Shown here: positions 13,262 through 24,907 of the stretch, piece after piece
Position numbering within the stretch: the stretch's first letter is position 1
Layout: each line of letters starts with the position of its first letter
Source: Octopus sinensis
Taxonomy: Eukaryota
Reading direction: 5' to 3'
Assembly (NCBI RefSeq): GCF_006345805.1
Contig: NC_042998.1
Span: forward strand, 45,198,001-45,262,000
Length of the DNA: 64,000 nucleotides
Program-made: the position numbers and the translations under genes
The notes under the pieces: model-generated
The model's database searches: none
What the model saw: the letters and a program-made list of their open reading frames with translations, nothing else
Told to the model about the DNA's origin: nothing

Positions 13262-13540
13262 AAATTAGAAAAAACTACCTTTTATCAATTCAAAATGAAC
13301 AAATATATGTTTTATTTATTATTTTGCACATTACTTAATCATCGGTATGTTATTTGTTATTTTATATTTAATATTTCTGTTATATGTAATTTTCTAGTGG
13401 TGTAATTTAATTGTTCATTTTGAATTGATAAAAGGTGGGTTTTTTCTCATTTTAATATATATATATTATATTTTGTGAAATTTAATTTAGTATTTCTAAA
13501 TTGAATTTTTCCCTATAAGTTAGGAAAAATATTCCCTCAA

Positions 13541-13542
<2 letters not shown>
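13262..13542. repeat. Fold-back hairpin plus shared tail, in (TA)n
   Basis: Arms 13262-13302 / 13411-13454. Tail gtgaaattt...ctaaattgaattttt.ccct.taagt is shared with 14290-14360. Confidence 0.8.
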
Positions 13543-13578
<36 letters not shown>

Positions 13579-13990
13579 TACATACGTTCACATGTAATGT
13601 ATTTGTGCATATCATTATATCATATCTAAAACAATTTTCATTGTCATTTCATTCATTTTAATCTACTTTAACCACCATCAAATGCTTTTTATCTCATTGC
13701 TAATACAAATGTTACATGATTCAGTTTCATTTGATGTAGTGTGCTATGATGCAGACATGTTGTGGAATATTGTCATGTGGTATCTCATAATGTTATGCTA
13801 CACAATACACTATAAGATATACTTCCTATTTAGCATGCTAATTATGTAATACATCATTCAACCATATGTTATTGTAAAATTTAATATTAATTTTAAAATC
13901 ATCTTTGTGCAGTGTATTACTACTACTGTATAAATTCATGTGTATGCATTATTCTACAATATAACACACACATACATACATATATATAAT

Positions 13991-14360
13991 ATAAATTAGA
14001 GATAAAACCACTATTATGCAACTCAAAAAGTATAAAAATGAATGATCAATATATAATAAGTATAAAAACTACGTACGCTCCATGGCTACAATCAAATTTA
14101 TTTGTAGCCATGAAACGTACATAGTTTTTATACTTATTATATATTGGTCATTCATTTTTATACTTCATGAGATCTAGTTATATGTTTTATAAAAATGTAT
14201 TTTATTCGTTATTTATGTTTTGGTTTATGTCTGTCACTGTTTGAGTTGCATAATAGTAGTTTTATCTCTAATTTATATTTTATATATTTATATTGTGAAA
14301 TTTGATTTAATACTAAATTGAATTTTTCCCTGTAAGTTTGGAGTTATACTCCCTATTATT
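13991..14360. repeat. Long fold-back hairpin plus shared tail, in (TA)n
   Basis: Outer arms 13991-14027 / 14240-14278; inner arms 14028-14091 / 14102-14165. Confidence 0.88.
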
Positions 14361-15504
14361 AATATATATATATATATATTAAAGTAATAATTCATTGTGA
14401 TACATATAATTCGCATAAGGTTCATTAAGTTTGTAGCAATGGTAAAGTGATAGTTTCTTGTAGTATTTAGTCTTTTATATTTCTTATGCCTTTCAATGTC
14501 TATGAAAAAAGTATGAGTTATAAATTAACTTTGATTCCATCAACTTTAATCTTTTCTGTAGAAAATAGCTTTAAGAGTAATTAAAACAAATTAATATATT
14601 TTAGTTAAGTTTAATGTCAATCATTATCATTTTCCGTATATCACACTGCAATGTATGATATATAAATTTTTTAATATATTTATACACCATATTTTGGCAT
14701 TTATAATTTATCTTTATTACAAACAAAACATTCTAAAAATCTAGGGTGATAAATAAAGTAAGCATTGATTAAAAAGATGGAGTACATCAAGTCATTTAGC
14801 CTAATATCATACAATATATATCTCGCTATTCACTATTATAGTATTATGTAACACATTATCATTAAGTAATCCTTTCTACTAAGGCACAAGACCTGAAATT
14901 TGGAGGAAGGGGACTAGACAATTACATAAACCCCAGTGTTTCACTGGTACTTAATTTATCGACCCTCAAAGGATGAAAAGGAGAGTCAACCTCGGCAGAA
15001 TTTGAACTCGTAACGTAGCAACAGGCAAAATACTGCTAAGCATTTCATCAAGCATGCTAACAATTCTGCCAGCTCATTGCCTCATACTCATTAAATAATC
15101 ATTTCTACTAAAGGCACAAGACCTAAAATTTTCAGGGAGAGGACCAGTTGATTACATCAACCCCAGTACACAACTGGTACTTATTTTATCAATCCCTGAA
15201 AGGATGAAAGGCAAAGCTGACCTCGGTGGAATTTGAACTCACCACCTTAATAATCATTAAATAATAATATTAGAATGTATTTAACATTATACATATTATC
15301 ATGCAGTATATAACATATTCTGTAATCCATAGTGTTTTACAATATAATTTGATGATCAAAATATATGCAAGTATATACCAAAACAACTTATATTTTTAAA
15401 GCTTCTTTAATATAATTGAAAATGTGTTAAAATCGTATCAAAATCATGATTTGATTTCTAAACTGCTATTTTTATAAATTTTTTTTTTTTTCTCTTTCTA
15501 TCAG

Positions 15505-15627
15505 GATAATAAAGACCGCCATGACTCCTCTGGTTCTGATTCTGGAATAATGATTATGAAACTTGGAGAGACACCTCCAGTTTCACCTTTCAGTAAAGGC
15601 TCCATGGAATTTGATGAAGTTCTTTGA
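15505..15627 (+). CDS. Probable terminal coding exon of an unidentified gene (DNKDRHDSSGSDSGIMIMKLGETPPVSPFSKGSMEFDEVL*)
   Basis: Very strong polypyrimidine acceptor (poly-T ctctttctatcag), 40 protein-like codons to TGA, followed by unique 3'UTR-like sequence. Phase 0 is assumed. Confidence 0.6.
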   Translation, partial: DNKDRHDSSGSDSGIMIMKLGETPPVSPFSKGSMEFDEVL

Positions 15628-16724
15628 TAGACAGAAACACAAAGGAAGCAAAAGACTGACTGCAATGCTTGAATCAACTAAAAATTCTTCATTGATAGTC
15701 AGAACAAAACAACTCAAAAAATATATCCTTGTGGTCCCTTATTTTTTTAAATTGTTCTATCGCTCCTATTACCAAAATATACTGGCACTACCATGGTGCT
15801 AATCACAACAGCTGGACCAAGGATTGTCTCAAAAATTTTTTTTTTCTTTTTTTTTCTCTCTCTCCAAAGTATTTTGACCACATACCTTTACACAGACAAA
15901 AGAAAGAGAAAAATGAAGCCGAAGAAAAATGGAAGAATGGATAAATAATTTCCATTGGCTCAAGCAGCTATTTGTTCTGTTTTGTTTTGGTATATTTTTT
16001 TTTTCTGTGATCTCAGAAAAAGACAATCACCATGTTGTTTTCAAAAATTGAGATTTGTGTGAAAAAGCATTCCTTGCAAAAGAAATTTAAAGATTTTCCA
16101 ACCAAAAAAATATTATATATGTATGAGTGTCGTATGCTTGTGTGTGGTGCATGTGTTAATTTTGTAAATAAATAAACATCATGCACATTTATTTTTTTGT
16201 ATATGTGTATATTCACTACAAATAAATATATATAAATATAAATATTTATATCACAATCTCATAAACATTTATAAACACATAAACGTTCACATATAAATAT
16301 ATACATATATACATACATACGTACTCAAAGATATGGAAATACACATACATATATGCATAACAATACATACTATAAATATAAATGTATATATATATATATA
16401 AATATACATATATATCTATATGCATGCATATATTCAATAAATAAACAAATACTAATTGGTGTATTTTATGTCAACATTTCATTCAATCACAGCACTCATT
16501 AGTCAAGCAAGCATCAAATGATTGATTGGCAACACTCTTTGAGTTACGGCCAAGTGAAATAATATACTTCGATACACTAATATAAGATATATGGTAAACA
16601 GGCAGCGGCTCGTACTCTCCATTTGATAAACTCAGATTTGCATTTTCCATATGCTATACATGTGTGCTTATATGTGGGTAAATATATACATATATATACT
16701 TATACATATACACGCGCACACACG

Positions 16725-16790
<66 letters not shown>

Positions 16791-17075
16791 GATACAGGAC
16801 ATCACCAACAGTAAACAACATGAAATACGAAAACAAATGAGTTAAATATACAAATAACAAGAGAAAAAAAGGGCAAGTAATACAAAGAATGACCTTTCAT
16901 CAGTTGTCGGCTGTCTATCTACTTCCCTGCTTGAAATGGTGAGTAGATACACAGCCGACAACTGATGAAGGGTCATTCTTTGTATTACTCGTCCTCCTTT
17001 TCTCTCGTTATTTGCATGTTTAACTCATTTGTTTTTGTATTTCATGATGTTTACTGTTGGTGACATCCTGTACCT
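16791..17075. repeat. ~133-bp-arm fold-back hairpin containing CTGATGA on both arms
   Basis: Arms 16791-16923 / 16942-17075; ACAACTGATGAAGGG at ~16958-16972; flanked by microsatellites. Confidence 0.9.
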
Positions 17076-17206
17076 ATACATGCATATATATATATATATA
17101 TATGTACATACACATATATATATATTATTTATATTATTATTTAATTGAACACAACGCATCCATTTCCATGTAAGTTTATATATATATATACACACACATT
17201 CACACA

Positions 17207-17242
<36 letters not shown>

Positions 17243-17695
17243 TGGAAATATAAATGTATGTAGATATGTATAGACATATACATATGCATACAATTATATA
17301 TATAACTATATATATGTGTGCATGTATATACTTATATACACACACACATGCATACACATACATATATCATTGTACTGACCAGACTATGGATGGTATTATA
17401 CCCCACTGGTCACAATGCATTTCCTCGCATAGTTGTGGCTTTGGAATGATACCATCCTGGTGGCAAGGGCAGGCAAGCCAAAATCCCCTCTGAATGGAAT
17501 GCCAGTCCATCACAGAGTTACCCATTTACAGCTAAGTGGACTGGAGCAATGTGGAAATGGCAGTCTTTTCTCATTAACACACTGCTCCACCAGTCTAAGA
17601 ATCAAAACTACAATCTTACATTCATGAGTACAGCACCCTAACCACAAGGCTGCATACCTTGTGTGCATGTGTGTGTGTGTGTATAAATATATATT

Positions 17696-17914
17696 CAGTG
17701 TTCCCTCTAAATTTGAAGAGTCACTGTATACAAAATTCTTACATTGAGCAACTTTATTTTATTGTGACAGAAGTGCACACTAAATGTAATTATTAATTAA
17801 AACATGAATTTAACTAATTAACATCTTGTGCACATATCAGTTTCGATTTGGCATTCGTTGCAAAACTTGCGTGTGCACATACTCACAGATACAAACAGAT
17901 TAGGGGGAACAATG
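17696..17914. mobile_element. hAT-like MITE
   Basis: TIR cagtgttccctctaa / ttagggggaacaatg; TSD unclear. Confidence 0.55.
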
Positions 17915-17990
17915 ATATATGTATACACAGGCACATATATTTACATGCATACACATCTATGCATATTACATATATACATACACACACATG

Positions 17991-18040
<50 letters not shown>

Positions 18041-19700
18041 TATATATGAATACATCCATAATTATATAAAACTCTTTGTATCAAATCAACCAAGGTGAAG
18101 AGCACTAAATATAAATGATAAATAATTATAGAGGTAAATTATATATTTGCATTTATATTACACTGTTAATCCATCTGCTTACTGTGAGTTGCAAATTTTC
18201 CGGTTTGAAAAGCTACTAAAAAAAAAAAAGAAAACAGATACCAGTTTTCAGGCATCTAAACAACATGTTGAAAGTTCAATGTCGATCATGAGACATGTCA
18301 TCAATGTAATATGTATGAGCAACATATTATCCAGTTGATGCTACCCAGATGTCCAGAAGCTTTTTCGTTCAGGTATCTGAAGATAAGTGTTTGGTTTTAA
18401 AGCAGGTGTTTTGAAGTCAAAAGTTATGAAATTGCTAATAATGAAATGAATCAACCAGTTCTTATAATAGCAAATACTAAAAATTACATATATGTATATA
18501 CAATGTATGTGTGTATCTCTAAATATATACACACACGCATATATGTTATATATTATATACTAAGGTAGATATATATATATATATATATATAAATATTAAA
18601 TTAGATTATATATTTTGTATAATATATACATATATATACACACACATATACATATATAATGAATTATATATAACATATATGCACATACACACATGTACAC
18701 ATACAGAAATATATATTACATATTCATATATGTACAAATATGTATGCATGAAAGACTATGTATATGTATATATATATATACCACATATTATATATATATA
18801 TATATACACACTGTATCAGTTATGATTGCACACATTTTTACACATACATGCTATATATATATATATATATATATATACAACAAATATATTATGCATACAC
18901 AAATATATCCGATCAATAAAAGAATTTTAAATTTTTTGAAAATATAAAATTTAATAAACGAATTAATCCCTTGTTTTTTTCCTACCCCCATCCTCTCGTC
19001 ACTCCTTGTTTATTACCAAAGTATGTTCCGGTCACCCCACCTCAAATATCTAATGTAGACAAAATTTCTTCTTTCCAATAATATGATCTTCCAATTTTAG
19101 CCTTGTTTCATCGCTGATGTCACTTTTAACAAATTTTTCACTTCTACGTTTTTGTCATTGTATAATATTTTAGACTTTAAAATCTCTTCATAATCTTCAA
19201 ATATTGTGTCATTTAGAAATATACTTTAATTTTCAACGAAAATTTATGTGAAACCGTTGTTATTTTTCTATTGTGTTTCCATTGTTATATTGTATTTAAA
19301 ACATATGGGTTAATAAATAATTTTATTTTGATTTGTTTTAATAAAAGTTTGGCCATAATTATAGTTTGTCGTTAATTTTTTCATCTTTCATTTATTCTGT
19401 CTCATTTACCAAATTGCTCAGGTATGGGGACATAAACAAACCAACACTGGTTGCCCAGTGGTGGGAGACAAACACAAACATAATGACACATACATATACC
19501 TAAATGTGTGCATATATGTATGTATATAAAGCAAAAAGAAAATGGAGGGGATCAATACGTGGTTCATCAACTTTTAGACATTATGTCAATTTATTTATTT
19601 ATTTATTTACTAAAATGACAATTGCAAGAATATACATATAATGTATAACATATTATGATTTACATATAAAATATATAAAGATGTATGTATATATATATAT

Positions 19701-20692
19701 AAGCCCCCGGCCCATCAGGAATCACTGCAGAGATGCTCAAAATATCTGGCAGTGTCAGCTATAGCCTAGTTACCCGTATAATTAACCAGGTGATACACGA
19801 AGGAGTCATACCCAATGACTGGTGTAGCAGCATAATCGTCAACTGCTATAAAGGTAAAGGTGAAGCTTTAGATACAAATAATTTGAGGTATCAAGTTGTT
19901 GGATCAGGTAATGAAGGTCACGGAGAGGGTTATAGCCCAACTAATTAGAGAGAGAGTCAGTTTAGATGAGATGCAGTTTGGGTTCGTGCAAGGGAAAAGC
20001 ACCACTGATGCTATATTTCTGTAAGACAGCGGAAGAAGACCTGGGATGAGGTGGTTAAGCATGACCTTCAAACATTGGGCCTCACTGAGGCAATGACTAG
20101 TGACCGGGACCTTTGGAAATATGCTGTACTTTAGAAGACTCGGCAAGGCAAGTGAGACCATAATCTTGTGGCCTATGCCAGGAGTGCAACCAGCCCACTT
20201 ATGCATACCTTTCCTTCATTGGACACTAAACTCTGCTTGCAAAGACCTGTTAAGGCAAGTGAAATCGAAATCAAATTCGATGACTGGCATCTGTGCTAGT
20301 GGAGTGCTAAGAGCACCGTCTGAGCGGAGTCACTGCCAGAGCAACTGTCTGGCTTCTGTGCCGCTGGCATGTAAAAAGCACCATTCGAATGTGATCGTTA
20401 CCTGCGTCACTTTACTGGCACGTGAAAAACATTCCAGCGAGATCGTTGCCAGTGCCGCTGGACTAGCTCCTGTGCTGTTGCCAGTACTGCCAGACTGGCC
20501 CTTGTGCCGGTGGCACATAAAAGCACCCACTACACTTAACAGTGGTTGGTGTTAGGAAGGGCATCCAGCTGTAGAAACTCTGCCAGATCAGATTGGAGCC
20601 TGGTGCAGCCATCTGGTTCGCCAGTCCTCAGTCAAATCGTCCAACCCATGCTAACAATGAAAGCAAACGTTAAACGATGATGATGATGATGA
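19701..20692 (+). mobile_element. RTE-clade LINE, 5'-truncated and internally deleted, with 3'UTR and (GAT)n tail
   Basis: APGPSGITAEMLK...PNDW....IV..YKGKG...QFGF..GKSTTDAIF; jump at ~20030 to RKTWDEVVKHDL; then a repeat-rich 3'UTR. Confidence 0.9.
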
Positions 20693-21045
20693 TATATATA
20701 TATATATGAAGGCAGCAAGCTGGCAGAATCATTAGTACGCTGGGCAAAACACTTAGTGGCATTTCATCCATAATAGCAAATATTAAAAATTACACACACA
20801 CACACACACACATATATATCTTTATACAGACAAAAGAGAAAAATGAAACAGAAGAAAAATGGAAGAATGGATAAATAATTTCCATTGGCTCAAGCAGCTA
20901 TTTGTTCTGGTATTTTTTTTTTCTGTGATCTCAGAAAAAGACAATCACCATGTATTTGAAAGATACACATAAATATAATTTGTTGAACTCTATGCATACG
21001 GAATTTCGGTCAAGTGTTCTGTAAATTATGTTTGTAAACGACAGA

Positions 21046-21269
21046 CTATGCTGATGATCTTGCAGATGTTCACATGTACATCATCATCATCATCATTTAA
21101 CATCCGCTTTCCATGCTAGCATGGGTTGGACGGTTCAACTGGGGTCTGGGGAGCCCGAAGGCTGCACCAGGCCAGTCAGATCTGGCATTGTTTCTACAGC
21201 TGGATGCCCTTCCTAACGCCAACCACTCCAATACGTGAATATTAACAAGTGAAACTGGTTAGTACATAG
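21046..21269 (+). ncRNA. Hammerhead motif split by an RTE 3'-end insertion
   Basis: CTATG CTGATGA T CTTG..GATGTTCAC [insert ~21079-21230] GTGAATATT..CAAG T GAAAC TG GTT AGTA CATAG. Stem II arms pair across the insert. Confidence 0.6.
21079..21230 (-). mobile_element. Short RTE LINE 3' end
   Basis: (CAT)n tail plus ~135 bp of the 3'UTR; inserted into a hammerhead stem II loop. Confidence 0.85.
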
Positions 21270-21534
21270 GTAATCGTTTTTTATTCCTAATATTTTCATT
21301 TGTCTTGCTTTTTACACTTTGGTTTTTTGCTGAGTTTTTTCTTGAGAACACATTCTTCATGGAAAATAGTGATTTTGACATCTATATCTAGCATATTGAC
21401 TGTCCACTTTTAGTGGTCAGTCCTTTAAATTTTGTATATATATATATATATATATAATTTGGGAAAACAAATTGATATATATGAATATATATATATATAA
21501 TTTGGGAAAACAAATTGATATATATGAATTAAAT

Positions 21535-21632
21535 ATGATGAATAAAAGTTAGATATATCAAACTGAATAAATTTAGTGTTAACCTTATTAGTAATAGAAG
21601 TAAACCAATCTACAACTTGAAAAGAATTAGAC
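21535..21632 (-). mobile_element. Continuation of the Naiad-type RT ORF beyond the Gypsy insertion
   Basis: In frame after removing the Gypsy element and one TSD: LWS|NSFQVVDWFTSITNKVNTKFIQFDISNFYSS (RT motif F.QFDI..FY). Confidence 0.85.
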
Positions 21633-21846
21633 TGTAATGGAACTGGTTAATTCTTTACACTGTTCGGGTGCAACCAATTTCCAGAATCTACCAGTCAAGA
21701 AAAAGAACGCAACCTTAAAAATATATATATTCTTTATTTTCTTATGTACAAAAAAAGTACGTTGGTATATTGGTATCCACTTGGTTCGATATAGCAAGGC
21801 TAAATTTTAACATTTGTAAGATTCTTACAACAAATTCAGCAGTAAC
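21633..21846 (-). repeat. Truncated 3' LTR (U3 portion and PPT missing)
   Basis: Direct repeat of 24430..~24657; similarity stops abruptly. Confidence 0.9.
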
Positions 21847-21872
21847 TGTCACTGGGAAAACAATTGAGAATG

Positions 21873-22790
21873 TCAAACATAAATAGTCTTTGAAAGTTTC
21901 TTTGGCCAGTGAACAGTTCTGCCCGACCTCGTAACATAAGGTTTGTTCGAGGCGGGCTGCGACGACGAAGGTGATGTTGCCAATGTTGGTGTTGATAAAG
22001 GTGCATGTGTAAATGGTGGTGTTGTCAAAGGTGCATGTGAAGGTTCAACGATATGAAGATTCGCTGAAAAGTCATTAAGATTCCTAATTGGATATCTGTC
22101 CGGAATCGTCACAGAATTTAGACGCCGATAATCTCCCACCGGGTGAAAATCTGTATCCCCTTTTCGAACTAAATGAAGGGGTGATGCCCATGGACTGGTG
22201 GATGGGCATATCAGACCAAGCTGGAGCATATGCTCAAACTCAGCCCTAGCCGTTTTAAGACGGTCAGGTGCAAGACACCGTGGGTGCAAAAAAACAGGCG
22301 GCCCAGTAGTTGTAATGAAATGGAGTGTCGAGTGTACAGGTTTTGCCATTTTAAAAGTAATATCAAGTAGCTCTGGAAACGAAGCCAAAAGAGAATGAAA
22401 AACATCTCCAGAAGTAGCAACAAAAAATGTCGGGCTAAGAGCTGAATCAGTAGATTCTCTGGAAGAGTGTAGTCGAACTGTCGACTAGCCTCTGACGCCC
22501 GGCATCTACCAATAGATCAAAGTTATTTAGAAAATCCGCACCTAAAACAGGATGCGGAATGTCAGCAATGACAAAAACCCACTGAAAATCTCGGCGAAGA
22601 TTTATGTCAAGGCGTAAAGAGATCTGACCGAATGTGGCTATTGGTGACGAGTCAATAGCGTGCAAGGTAACATTAGATCGATTTGGCCTGTCAGTTGTGA
22701 GACGCAGAGGTCAAATGCTGCAACAAGAACCAGTGTCCACCATGAAGTATTTCTTCGACACTAGATCCTTAACGAAAAATGCACGATAAC
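21873..22790 (-). pseudogene. pol: Gypsy pol remnant: protease plus RT N-terminus joined to the pol C-terminal tail
   Basis: YFMVDTGSCCSI* protease active site with a stop at 22711-22713; PVLGADFL; SPWASPLHLV; DYRRLN...DRYPI; then a jump to YVTRSGRTV. Confidence 0.88.
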
Positions 22791-22849
22791 AAGAAAACGA
22801 TGTGGAGGAAGTTGACGTGCTCAACTCCTCCGAAGCTAGTTTAAATCTT

Positions 22850-23542
22850 TATAGGTGCATGGCTTTATGCACTTATGTGCTTTCTCTCCAAACTTGGAGT
22901 GATACCAACACAGTCCGGACTTTGACTGAGTGGAACGAGATGGTGAACGGCCACGACTACGCGATCTTGAAAATCGCTTGCCATCGCGTCCATCCTTTTG
23001 GTGAGACTTTCTATTTGTTTAGAAAGTCCATCAATTGAGTTTGCAGAAGTTTCCGAGCAGACACAAGCAGCACGTGAAGATGGTCGCACTGCAAATTCAA
23101 CCATCTTATCTGCCATGGTCGCTATTTGGTCCACAGAATTGGACTCTAAAGCAGTTTGTATATAGGCGGGTAACCTTGAAAAAAAAATTTTCCAAAGCAG
23201 AGGAGCGTCTGCAGATTTACCGCTCAACTCTCTTAAACGTCTCAGAAATTCAGGAGGCGTCCTATCTCCCAACTGTTCATCCGCCATCAATTCATGGAAG
23301 CGACTTTCCTTGCTTCTAGTGTTTCTTTTTTCTACTTCTAATTTAACAGACGCGTAAGTGGCATCTGGAGAAGGATCTGTAATAAGATCTCTGGCAGTAG
23401 TTGCAAGTTGAGGAGGCATACAACTATAAAGAATTTGCAACTGCTTCTCAGAAGAAACACTATGTGCACAAAAATATGCCTCTAGTTGTGCAAACCAAAG
23501 TGTGGCATCATCTGTGAAAATGGGTAATGATGCCAAAGACAT
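22850..23542 (-). pseudogene. gag: Gypsy gag (frameshifted)
   Basis: LWFAQLEAYF...LGDRTPPEFLRRLREL...IFFSRLP. The CHCC knuckle CWYHSKFGEKAHKCIKPC is in a shifted frame at ~22856-22910. Confidence 0.88.
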
Positions 23543-24416
23543 GTTGTTCTTTTTAAATTTAAATAGATGACTGTCAAAGGAAAGGGAAATGACAACGAAA
23601 AGTTGAACTGATGCAAATGGAAAAAAGAACAGAAAGAAATAGAAATTAAAACAAGACCAGCAATTGAACCAATAAATATTTTTTATGTGTAAATTTTACC
23701 AAAAAAAAATGTTTTTTCCTTTTCTTTTTGTACTGTATGCACAGAGAATAAAAATTCTTTTTTTTTTTTTTTTTAATGAAGTTATTTTACCAGTTCATAG
23801 TAGAGTACATAATAGCAGTTCGTTCTGTAACAGGATGTTGGGATCACAAGTGCAGATGCCGGTTAAACACGTCGTGTAGCGGGTGTGACTTCAATGCTGT
23901 GCCAGGTTACATTGGTACAGAAGATCTCGCAGGTAGTGCTGTGCTGTTAACCTCGGTGAAAATCACAACAGCGTGAAAGCTAAACCTGAGTGAGTGCTAT
24001 GTACGTATTAGTGTTGCTGGAGATGAAGGCGACGGAGATGGAGACGACGTGAAGTTGAAGGATGGCGATGGTGATTGCGACGGCAGAGAAAGGCGTCGTT
24101 GGTGGAAATGTCCTGCGTTGCTGGTGTATGTTGAGGCGAAGATATCGACGTCAGAAAAACTGGATTCACAACGCTCGATGATTTTCTCAGATCGATTCCT
24201 GATACAGTTGTTCAAGACGAAAATTATTACTTTGCAGTTTCTGTCATTGGTTTACAATAGTGTCTTCATAATATGTTTGGCTACGCTCCGTGTCTATGAC
24301 AAAACAACTATAAAATTGAAGCAAAGATGATGATGACTGCGGCGGTGATGGTGGTTGACTAATTGGTTCAGACTCGGTAGAAACTAGATTTTAGTTAAGT
24401 GTTCTATGACCAGAAC

Positions 24417-24428
24417 TCGGGGTCACCA
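24417..24428 (-). promoter_or_regulatory. Primer-binding site complementary to tRNA-Trp
   Basis: TGGTGACCCCGA lies 1 nt after the 5' LTR and matches the first 12 nt of the tRNA-Trp PBS. Confidence 0.88.
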
Positions 24429-24429
24429 C

Positions 24430-24907
24430 TGTAATGGAACTGGTTAATTCTTTACACTGTTTGGGTGCAACCAATTTCCTTTCTTTAATTTCCAGAATCT
24501 ACCAGTCAAAAACAAGAACGCAACCTTAAAAATATATATATTCTTTATTTTCTTATGTACAAAAGAAGTACGTTGGTATATTGATATCTACTTGGTTCGA
24601 TATAGCAAGGCTAAATTTTAACATTTGTAAGATTCTTACAACAAATTCAGCAGCAACAGAGCAGGTCAAATTCTAAGCGTCTGGGACAGGAGAATGGCTG
24701 ATCACACGTTTAACACGTCCTTTCTCTTCAATAGCCATGTCTCAAGTCAACGACGCTAACAAGGAACGCGATAGAATTTTCTTCCCCAGTCTCTAGCGCA
24801 TGTGCATGAGGGAACTTCCTTAGGCCTTTCCAGAAGGTTCCAGCCCCGCACACGCACACTGAAGAATGACATTGCGTGTGCGCACACTGGAAAATGACGT
24901 CACTACA
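24430..24907 (-). repeat. 5' LTR of the Gypsy element (478 bp)
   Basis: Minus strand TGTAGTGAC...CCATTACA. Positions 24430..~24657 match 21633..21846 apart from a few substitutions and a 14-bp indel. Confidence 0.92.

Larger units (their letters stand above)
21633..24907 (-). mobile_element. Ty3/Gypsy LTR retrotransposon, CsRn1/Kabuki-like, internally deleted
   Basis: TG...CA termini; 4-bp TSD AGAC at 21629-21632 and 24908-24911. Full 5' LTR 24430..24907, partial 3' LTR 21633..~21846, PBS, gag, protease and RT start present. Confidence 0.95.

Noticed and set aside
19114-19262. CTGATGT...GTGAAACCGTTG hammerhead candidate
   Set aside because: Core and stems too degenerate to list as a feature; counted only as a weak member of the family.
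23997-24330. Overlapping ORFs in the Gypsy leader
   Set aside because: Low-complexity GC-rich leader with no recognisable env or other domain.
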